Source of the DNA: Candidatus Pelagibacterales bacterium
GTDB lineage: Bacteria > Pseudomonadota > Alphaproteobacteria > TMED109
Length of the DNA: 58,883 bases
Direction of reading: 5' to 3'
Assembly (NCBI GenBank): GCA_002720535.1
Contig: PBIU01000009.1
Coordinates: forward strand, 1-58,883
The notes under the pieces were generated by a model. It was not told where the DNA came from. It made no database searches and was given only the letters and a program-made list of their open reading frames with translations. Positions within the stretch are counted from its first letter, which is position 1. Each line of letters begins with the position of its first letter. The position numbers and the translations under genes are program-made. This document shows, piece by piece, positions 37,401 through 43,871 of the stretch.

Positions 37401-39030
37401 TGTTAAAACTTCTCAAGCATCTAAAGAAATAAACAACTCTTATTTCACAGATGTTATGAAAGAATTGGATCACAAAGATAGTACAGAAGATGAAATTAAA
37501 GTTAAGGCTCAAGCATTAAATATAAGCTTCTCAGTTTTAGATTTTATGGAAAGGGTAAGTAATTTCAATATTGGCTTAAAGAAACACTTTCGTGGCTATC
37601 CTGAAATGATATCATTTTCATCAAAATATTTTTACGAAAATACTCTGCAGCCAATGAAGATTAGAGGTAAACCTCTATCTGAGGTTTTAGAATTTATTCA
37701 TATTAAACCAGATAGTATGTTTGATAAGATTAAAAATACAAATGAAAAAGAAGCAGATTTAATCTTAGAAAAAATAATAAAACAACTTGATGACGAGGAC
37801 TTTAGATCAGTGGCCGTGATAACTCCATTTACTGCGCAGCAAACTTATATAAGTAGAACAATATCAAATCATACAAGATATCAGGAAATTTTAGAAAAAT
37901 TAAAGTTTAGATGCTTTACTTTTGATTCGTGTCAGGGTGAAGAACGCGATATTATCTATTATAGCTTCGTTGCTAATGAACAAAGAGATATGCTTTGGTC
38001 AATTTTCCCTAAATACTTGCATCAACAAGATGAAGATGAATTAGATAGAAACCTGAAAATGCAAAGATTAAATGTAGGTTTTTCAAGAGGTAAAGAAAAG
38101 CTAATTTTCATCCATTCAAAACCTATAAATGAACTTAAATCATGTTTAAGAGAGGCTCTTAATCACTATTCCACTATAGTAAATAATGCCTATGAACTTC
38201 CGTCTGAGGACAAACTTGATAAAAATTCTCCTGCAGAAAAAAAAGTTCTTCGCTGGTTAGAAAGCGCACCTATTATAAGACAATATCAGCCTGAAATTGA
38301 TCCTCAATTTAAAATAGGTGACTATTTAAAATCTTTAGATAAAAGTTATGATCATCCGGCATACAGAGTTGATTTTTTACTAAGGTTTTTTATTGATAAT
38401 AAGCAATACGATATAATAATTGAATATGATGGATTTGAATACCACTTTAAAAACCATGAAGATATTGATGCAGGTAATTGGGAACATTATTTAAGAGATC
38501 AAGATATTGAGCGTGAGAAAGTACTTGAATCATATGGGTATAAAACATTAAGAATAAATAGATTTAATATTGGTAAAGATCCAATTTTAGAATTAAATAA
38601 AAGAATTGAAAATTTACTAAATGAATTTAAAGATAATGGCGAAGCATTAATTAAAAGTGTTGTAGAAAACACTAATATTGCAGTTGAAGGCATAGCTACT
38701 GGAGACATAAGAGTCTGTAAAAAATGTAATCAAAATAAACCAGCAAAAGAATTTGAAAATCCTGAGAGAAAAAGTGGATACAATAGATATTGCTCTTCAT
38801 GTTCTCCTAGAAAGAGAACAAAAAAAAAAATAAATAGAAGCAAGAATACTAATAAACCTGGCCAAAAAAGATGTAAAAATTGTAAAAAGTTTTTTCCTGA
38901 TTCAGAATTTATAGATAATACAAACATTTCTGGCAAAAGAGTTCTTTGCTCTAAATGTAAAACTATTTCAAATAGAAAAAGAGAAGAACAAGCTAGAATA
39001 TGGCATAGCAGAGGAAGAAGATACCGTTAA
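34462..39030 (+). CDS. 1,522-aa fusion: DUF4011-like N-terminal region + SF1 (Upf1/DNA2-like, AAA_11/AAA_12) helicase + Vsr/DUF559 (MTES_1575-type) endonuclease + two C-terminal CxxC zinc ribbons
   Basis: GPPGTGKS (nt 35917-35940), IIIDEASQ (D at nt 37306), GDRKQ, TFDSCQGEERD, RLNVGFSRGK, YRVDFLL...IIIEYDGFEYH...YGYKTLRINRF, CKKC..CSSC and CKNC..CSKC. See findings. Confidence 0.85.
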   Translation: MPDVEDINTDEDKLNVSSKNNSSFIDSLARYYSEFLSTDFKKGRLPKRKFQIKDSKGRRSGIPLSKYKSFKTNLRKKLIKNIQKNDAFSIKFNEHKSKLSIVTENAIEGAIKNISTKNFDTKNTQLIEKFTIDINKKNADIEKLMNTFIEALQNNLSLDILAPLIELLEPTFKKTEQDLIDRLISVDSEITNLFIEKITEDLPSAIPKIITDNDPSLIEQIIDENFNENYIKKNLKDFFNDFSANDLYSEMRELQTVEKLDDNLEFYLYLGEIKFNSNTFPIFYIPMEVANTKDKKTILECKLDSRILINKKAIDFIAREIQETTKTKSASPIKERIVYLDAEDVIFEKIDAILQEILASFSLNGYQSFENETKELKNSTATINTSLSISLFDKSDESMLSDYEELLDKILRTSDESPLFNFLTSLIESFIHKNPTDISEGILDEWDETNITERLVFDTPLPLAEEQRKILLALNNEKSKFITVEGPPGTGKSHTISAIAFEAILKGKKILVLSDKKEALDVVQNKINETLSRVRPTDDFINPILRLGRAGSNFRKLTTGRAIENLNIQHREFKKQSQKRENLYKNAVDNLKSKISNHIKYAKDIDMSKVTNYELDRLEFFNEFDDYKNLENVFENNDNLYTDAIENLKHLANVRNKLKKYTKNFTKLFHKFDKNKLEFLNFMIFISDCKNTNTNNFNNLATKVNSSNYSDILNFSNKITLSKGMFGYFFSGTKIQLIKNDLKNTLGINFNGTPQSLIQELEKIYNDANSFFANLENKGWKDKLFLYREILELDIDLKELEEVIKTYKLINSKDIIYIKDPSEIIDILCENDSDSGLFLERFLELQNTRDEISKSFYFDDYNYLARKQELENYNALKLATEIDSRVIDFAQNKKNDAKTLSDIIRKKLKFPKEKFSILSQAFPCMICSLRDYAEYIPLEKELFDIIIIDEASQVSIAQALPAIIRSKKMVVMGDRKQFGNVKTSQASKEINNSYFTDVMKELDHKDSTEDEIKVKAQALNISFSVLDFMERVSNFNIGLKKHFRGYPEMISFSSKYFYENTLQPMKIRGKPLSEVLEFIHIKPDSMFDKIKNTNEKEADLILEKIIKQLDDEDFRSVAVITPFTAQQTYISRTISNHTRYQEILEKLKFRCFTFDSCQGEERDIIYYSFVANEQRDMLWSIFPKYLHQQDEDELDRNLKMQRLNVGFSRGKEKLIFIHSKPINELKSCLREALNHYSTIVNNAYELPSEDKLDKNSPAEKKVLRWLESAPIIRQYQPEIDPQFKIGDYLKSLDKSYDHPAYRVDFLLRFFIDNKQYDIIIEYDGFEYHFKNHEDIDAGNWEHYLRDQDIEREKVLESYGYKTLRINRFNIGKDPILELNKRIENLLNEFKDNGEALIKSVVENTNIAVEGIATGDIRVCKKCNQNKPAKEFENPERKSGYNRYCSSCSPRKRTKKKINRSKNTNKPGQKRCKNCKKFFPDSEFIDNTNISGKRVLCSKCKTISNRKREEQARIWHSRGRRYR

Positions 39031-39087
39031 ACAAGTTAAAACCAGAGCATTAAGATTAGAAAAGATTATGCGAACTGGACAACTGCT
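39029..39087 (+). repeat. Right-arm segment with a homologue at 39719-39766
   Basis: AAACAAGTTAAAACCAGAGC...AGATTATGCGAACTGGACAAC versus AAACAAGTTAATACTAGAGC...AGATTATGCGAACTGAGCAAC. Hand alignment shows about an 11-nt indel. Confidence 0.6.
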
Positions 39088-39097
39088 TTAATAGCTT

Positions 39098-39148
39098 GGT
39101 GGCCAATTTTTATGGGCAATCGGTTTTTTACTGGCCAAAATGTGGCCA
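39098..39148 (+). repeat. Right-end GTGGCCAA motif array
   Basis: GTGGCCAA at 39098 and 39141, CTGGCCAA at 39130 (11-bp phasing with 39141), CAATCGGTTTTTTA at 39116-39129. Mirrors the left-end array. Confidence 0.6.
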
Positions 39149-39251
39149 ACAAATACGGCAATGTGTGGACATAATTGGGAACACATGTTACTCTGTGAGC
39201 AAGGCATATTCTGACTTTTGAGGATTTGCAAGGGTTACAGAGCAAGGTATT

Positions 39252-39307
39252 AATCGGCTGTTAACCGATCGGTCGTAAGTTCGAATCTTACCCGCGGAAC
39301 CATTTAA
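39252..39307 (+). repeat. attR-type direct repeat (tRNA-Asn 3' half)
   Basis: 55/56 identity to 28949-29004. Lacks the tRNA 5' part, so it is not a functional tRNA. Confidence 0.9.
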
Positions 39308-39421
39308 CTAAAAAATTATCTCATTAAAATAAAAAATAAGTATACAAATTACTTATTTGTGTTTTAATTTTTAAAATAATATTAAATTTGATTAAATAAA
39401 TATTTATAGAGGAAATGTGAA

Positions 39422-39658
39422 ATGACAAATATAATTAAAATGAAAACGGGCGCATGGGCTAACCCAAAAATTATTGCTAAAGGTAACGTAAGTTCTGTTA
39501 AAAAAATGGGCGCGTTTTATGTTTTTACTATAAAACTAGATAGCAACGATATCAGAGAATACTCTTTCACTTCATCTAATAAAGCTGAGCATATGAGAAA
39601 AATTATGATTGGACACCTAGAAGAAAAATTCAGAAAAGAATTAAAATCTTATAAGTAA
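39422..39658 (+). CDS. Hypothetical protein (in the remnant)
   Basis: 78 aa with SD AGAGGAAA. No recognisable family. Confidence 0.45.
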   Translation: MTNIIKMKTGAWANPKIIAKGNVSSVKKMGAFYVFTIKLDSNDIREYSFTSSNKAEHMRKIMIGHLEEKFRKELKSYK

Positions 39659-39718
39659 ATTGAAATACTAAAATAATGGAGCAAAGCTGCAAACGAAATG
39701 AAGGATAGCCTATTAGCT

Positions 39719-39766
39719 AAACAAGTTAATACTAGAGCTTAGATTATGCGAACTGAGCAACAGATT
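39719..39766 (+). repeat. Homologue of the island right-arm segment 39029-39087
   Basis: See 39029-39087. Here it lies only about 7 nt before the tRNA pseudo-fragment. Confidence 0.6.
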
Positions 39767-39772
39767 TCACAG

Positions 39773-39843
39773 TCAGTGCTAGAGTAATCGGCTGTTAACC
39801 TATCGGTCGTAAGTTCGATTATTACCCGCAGATACATTTAATT
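39773..39843 (+). pseudogene. tRNA-Asn pseudo-fragment (tRNA positions ~12-75 plus flank, degenerate)
   Basis: TCAGTGCTAGAGTAATCGGCTGTTAACCTATCGGTCGTAAGTTCGATTATTACCCGCAGATACATTTAATT aligns to 28936-29006 with about 8 mismatches. The 5' acceptor strand is absent, and the T-stem and acceptor pairing are broken. Confidence 0.7.
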
Positions 39844-39856
39844 TTATATATTAATA

Positions 39857-40378
39857 TTATTTGGCTGAAACTACTCTGACATAGCCATCATTAGATCTTA
39901 CTATATTAATGTTGCTTCCATCAGAAATTATATCAGATTCGTCAGAAATAGCCTGAACAATTACTATTGTATCTGATGCATTTGAACAAGTACTTGATAC
40001 GTTTTCACAATTTATATTGATTGTATATTCTACTCCGTCGCTTTTATTTCTCATTTCTTCTAAAGCTGTACCAGCCATTGCTCCTCCTATTACCGATATA
40101 ATTATAGCTGCTTCTTCTAAAACATTATCTCCACCAGTAAGGCCATATGTAGTAGCACCAGCTAGTGTAGCACCTATAGCAGCCCCCCAATATTGAGTAT
40201 CTTTTTTTAAGCCTGCGATGACTATTTGTCTCGATGCAACAATAACTCCAGGAGTAGTTTCCATAATAATACCAACTTCTTCAGGGTTATAAACAGATGA
40301 TTTTTTATCTACACAACCAGACAGAATAATAAAGAAAACTAAAAATAAAAATAAATAAACTCTATTGAAAATAATCAT
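39857..40378 (-). CDS. Glycine-zipper outer-membrane lipoprotein (SlyB / 17-kDa-antigen-like)
   Basis: ATG 40378 lies behind GAGGGAG (the track starts at 40405). Lipobox LSGC. Glycine zippers GAAIGATLAGATTYGLTGG and VIGGAMAGTA. Confidence 0.65.
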   Translation of the reverse strand: MIIFNRVYLFLFLVFFIILSGCVDKKSSVYNPEEVGIIMETTPGVIVASRQIVIAGLKKDTQYWGAAIGATLAGATTYGLTGGDNVLEEAAIIISVIGGAMAGTALEEMRNKSDGVEYTININCENVSSTCSNASDTIVIVQAISDESDIISDGSNINIVRSNDGYVRVVSAK

Positions 40379-40425
40379 AATTAAAAAAACTCCCTCAATA
40401 AGCAATCACAGTCTAAAATAAAAAT

Positions 40426-40974
40426 TTAGAAACCAGAATCATAAAACCTATTAACCTCATCTAGCAATTCTAAGGTTTGATATACAATTTGTAAGTATAT
40501 TAAACCATCAATTCCTTCATTACATTGAATTCTAAATAAATTTTCACTAATATCATATGTAGAATATGAGTAAATATTAAAATCTGTATAACTATCTTCA
40601 TAGTAATCAAAAGATAAGGAATATTTTCTTTCAAATATACTTATTATGGAGGGCACTACCCTATCATTACAATTAGAAATCGTATCTAATTGTTTTTCGC
40701 CATAAATTGAATGAATTCTGTTATTATTATCTAGAGTAATAGTATAAAAATCTATTTGAGGACTTTTCTTCTTTATAACAGCAGTTATATCTACATCATA
40801 AAAATTATCTATAGTTTCAGCATTCTTATACTTTTCATTATCTATCATTTTTAAACTAAAATGACTTTGTACTTGATCTAATAATTTAAGACCGAACAGT
40901 TCAGTAAATTCTTCAGCTCTTAAATGACCTATAATACTAAAAATACATATAATTACAAAGGTATATAACCGCAT
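40426..40974 (-). CDS. Exported hypothetical protein
   Basis: ATG 40974 (MRLYTFVIICIFSIIGHLRA signal) is preferred over TTG 40998. No recognisable family. Confidence 0.5.
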   Translation of the reverse strand: MRLYTFVIICIFSIIGHLRAEEFTELFGLKLLDQVQSHFSLKMIDNEKYKNAETIDNFYDVDITAVIKKKSPQIDFYTITLDNNNRIHSIYGEKQLDTISNCNDRVVPSIISIFERKYSLSFDYYEDSYTDFNIYSYSTYDISENLFRIQCNEGIDGLIYLQIVYQTLELLDEVNRFYDSGF

Positions 40975-41027
40975 AAATACATTATACCTTATTTGCAAAA
41001 AAAAATAAATTTCTATAAAATAATTTT

Positions 41028-41906
41028 ATGAAATTCTTTTTAATAATTTACTTTTTAATAACTATTAATTTATCCTCTAATGCTTTAGCCGATATAAAAT
41101 TAGATCAAGACTTTCCAATAGAAATGCAAGGTATCTGGAGTAGTGATTGTAGCGCTACCAATAATATAAATTCCTTAATAATATATGATTATGGCTCTCT
41201 TTACTTAGATTATGGAGATTATAATTACGTATCACTGAGTGTTTCCAAAACAACAAATTTTAATTCATGGACAGTATATGAATGGTCTTCTAATGATATG
41301 GATAAAGAAAAATATTTTTTAAAATTACAAAATAACAAATTAATTAAAAAATATCCTCCAAATAATTGGAATGAAATTGATTATGAATTTTTAAATGATT
41401 CTACATCTCAAAATATCACTTTATATGAAAAGTGTAATTTAATACCTACTGTTTTAAGTTTATTTTATGGACCTATTATAAATTTCAGCGATAGTAATGT
41501 TCCTAAATTATGCAATTCATATATATCTCAAGATAAAAACATGAGAAATAAATGTAAAATAAGCTTAATGAATTATTTTGATGTAAGTAAAGATTTAGAA
41601 TTATCTGCTGCTGAAATTACAAGAGCTATTAAATTACTTGTTCTGTATTTATACATGAACAACGCTGATCAAATAAATCCAGAAACAGTTCCAATATCTA
41701 AATTATTAAGTTTTACAATTGTTCCAAGTCTTTCTCAATTATTTTTATTAAACTATGATTTTGATAATTCCCAAACTTTATCTACTGAGGAAATAAGACT
41801 TGCCTATTTTGATTTAGATGAAGGAAAAAAAGTATTAAATCAAAATTACCAAAATCTAGATATTAAAGAAATTATAGACTCAATTACAGATTTACTAAAT
41901 TACTAA
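41028..41906 (+). CDS. Exported protein with two EF-hand-like Ca-binding loops
   Basis: 292 aa with a signal peptide. Loops DVSKDLELSAAE and DFDNSQTLSTEE fit D-x-[DNS]-x-[DNS]-x(2)-[ILV]-x(3)-E. Confidence 0.55.
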   Translation: MKFFLIIYFLITINLSSNALADIKLDQDFPIEMQGIWSSDCSATNNINSLIIYDYGSLYLDYGDYNYVSLSVSKTTNFNSWTVYEWSSNDMDKEKYFLKLQNNKLIKKYPPNNWNEIDYEFLNDSTSQNITLYEKCNLIPTVLSLFYGPIINFSDSNVPKLCNSYISQDKNMRNKCKISLMNYFDVSKDLELSAAEITRAIKLLVLYLYMNNADQINPETVPISKLLSFTIVPSLSQLFLLNYDFDNSQTLSTEEIRLAYFDLDEGKKVLNQNYQNLDIKEIIDSITDLLNY

Positions 41907-42015
41907 TAATAAAAACTCTCTAAAAAAAAATAAGAATTACTCTCAATAAATTTTATATTTGATAAAAATTCATATCTAATTCAAAATAATAAAAAATTTA
42001 CTTAGGGATATCAAA

Positions 42016-42777
42016 GTGAGATTAGAAGGAAAAGTTGCATTTATTACAGGAGGTGGTGGAGGAATAGGACGAGCTACAGCAGAACGCTTTACTGAAGAAG
42101 GTGCAAAAGTCTGTATCGCTGAAATTGACTCAACTGTAGGTAAGAACGCGGCAGAATCAGCTAAATTAAAAGGGAAGAACGGAGGAGATGCATTTTTTAT
42201 TGAGACAAATGTAAGTGAAGAAGAAAGTGTAAAAAATGCAATAAATGAAACCATAAAACATTATGGTAAAATTGATATATTGCATAACAATGCCGGAGGC
42301 TCTACTTTACAAGATGGCCCTGTAACAGAAGCACCTCTTGAAGAATTTTGGAGATGTATTAATCTTGATTTATTAGGCACATTTCTTTGTTCTAAATATG
42401 TAATTCCTGAAATTATTAAGTCTGGAGGAGGCTCTGTAATTAATATGTCATCTAATGTAGCTTTGATGGCCTTACCTGGAAGAGATTGTTATACAGCTGT
42501 AAAAGGAGCAATTGCATCCATGACTAGGTCAATGGCAGTTGAATATGCTCCAAATAAAATTAGAGTTAATGCTATCGCTCCCTCAGTTACTTTATCAGAG
42601 CGTGTAAAAAAATTATTAGAAAATAGTCCAGAAATACAAACGATTTCTGATAAACATTTACTTGGTTTAGGAGAACCAATACATGTAGCAGATCTAGCCG
42701 TTTATTTAGCCTCAGATGAATCCAATATTACTACTGGGCAAGTTATTTCTGTTGATAGTGGAGTCACCATTAACTAA
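42016..42777 (+). CDS. Short-chain dehydrogenase/reductase
   Basis: 253 aa, GTG start behind AGGGA. TGGGGGIGRATA, NNAG, YTAVKGA. Confidence 0.85.
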   Translation: MRLEGKVAFITGGGGGIGRATAERFTEEGAKVCIAEIDSTVGKNAAESAKLKGKNGGDAFFIETNVSEEESVKNAINETIKHYGKIDILHNNAGGSTLQDGPVTEAPLEEFWRCINLDLLGTFLCSKYVIPEIIKSGGGSVINMSSNVALMALPGRDCYTAVKGAIASMTRSMAVEYAPNKIRVNAIAPSVTLSERVKKLLENSPEIQTISDKHLLGLGEPIHVADLAVYLASDESNITTGQVISVDSGVTIN

Positions 42778-42800
42778 TTAATTTCAATAGTGAGGCATAT

Positions 42801-43871
42801 ATGAAAATAGCTATAATTGGTGGTGGTAATGGAGGATATGCAGCAGCAGCTGACCTTACAAATAACGGTCATGAAATATATTTTTGGCAAAGATCAAAAG
42901 ATTCTTCAAAAGCATTAATTAAAAATAAAAATAGTATTTTAATGCAAGACCAAAAAGGTAAAAATAGAATAAAAATACATAAAATTTGTAATACTATAAG
43001 TACTGCCGTAAAAAATTCTGAAGTTATTATAATTTTACTTCCTGCTTTCGCACAGAAAGATCTCGCTAAAAAAATTAAACCTCATATACAGAATAACCAA
43101 ATAATCTTTTTACCTCCTGGAAGTTTTGGTTCATGGATATTTATGAAAGAAATAAAAAACAAGACTATATCCTATGCAGAATCTGGAACACTTCCATACC
43201 TTACAAGAAAGAAGAATATTAATGCGGTTGCAATAATTACGAGAGCATCAAAACTTCCAACTGGCATATATTCTAATATGGATCATAAAAGAATTATCCA
43301 AAAGCTTAAAAATATATACCCATCTGTTGTTTATTGTGGCGATATATTATCTGGAGCACTTATGAATGCAGGTCCGATAATTCATCCTCCATTAATTATT
43401 TTTAATATAGGACCCTTAGAACATTTCAATAAATGGGATATTCATAATGAAGGTACGCAAGAAAGTATTCAGAAAGTTATGTTTAAACTAGATAATGAAA
43501 GAATACTTATTAGAAAAAAATTAGGGTATACATCTCCTCATTATCCAATCAAAGATCACTATATAAATAAAGGTGAAAAATGGATGTATGGTAATTTAGC
43601 CCATGACAAATTAGTTTCTTCAAAAGATTGGCGAGAAAAAATTAATATACATTCCCACAGATATGTCATTGAAGATATAAAAGAAGGATTAGCTTTTATT
43701 TACTCGTTAGCTGAACGATTAAATATTAAAGCACCTATTACTTCAAGCTTATTAGATATTACTTCTACTATTTTAGGAACTAATATTAAAAAAAATGGAA
43801 GAACATTAAATAACTTAGGAATTAACTATAGTTTAAATAAATTAAAAAAAATATTAAGTGATAAAAAATGA
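42801..43871 (+). CDS. NAD(P)-dependent octopine/nopaline (opine) dehydrogenase-family protein
   Basis: 356 aa. N-terminal KIAIIGGGNGGYAAAADLTNNGHEI and length fit the opine dehydrogenase family. Confidence 0.65.
   Translation: MKIAIIGGGNGGYAAAADLTNNGHEIYFWQRSKDSSKALIKNKNSILMQDQKGKNRIKIHKICNTISTAVKNSEVIIILLPAFAQKDLAKKIKPHIQNNQIIFLPPGSFGSWIFMKEIKNKTISYAESGTLPYLTRKKNINAVAIITRASKLPTGIYSNMDHKRIIQKLKNIYPSVVYCGDILSGALMNAGPIIHPPLIIFNIGPLEHFNKWDIHNEGTQESIQKVMFKLDNERILIRKKLGYTSPHYPIKDHYINKGEKWMYGNLAHDKLVSSKDWREKINIHSHRYVIEDIKEGLAFIYSLAERLNIKAPITSSLLDITSTILGTNIKKNGRTLNNLGINYSLNKLKKILSDKK

Larger units (their letters stand above)
28949..39307. mobile_element. tRNA-Asn-associated genomic island, ~10.3 kb, recombinase-less (CIME-like or decayed integrative element)
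   Basis: Bounded by the 56-bp tRNA 3'-half direct repeat. Cargo consists of orphan/exported proteins plus a giant helicase-nuclease. Long non-coding stretches are atypical for the flanking core. No integrase-like ORF is present. Confidence 0.7.
39308..39843. mobile_element. Decayed remnant of a second, related tRNA-Asn-integrated element (tandem accretion)
   Basis: Bounded by attR (39252-39307) and a degenerate tRNA-Asn fragment (39773-39843). Carries one 78-aa ORF and a right-arm segment homologous to 39029-39087. Confidence 0.4.

Noticed and set aside
41976-42254. 92-aa minus-strand ORF (PPPPP-containing).
   Set aside because: It is antisense to the N-terminus of the SDR gene. The Pro run is simply the complement of the GGGGG Rossmann-loop codons.
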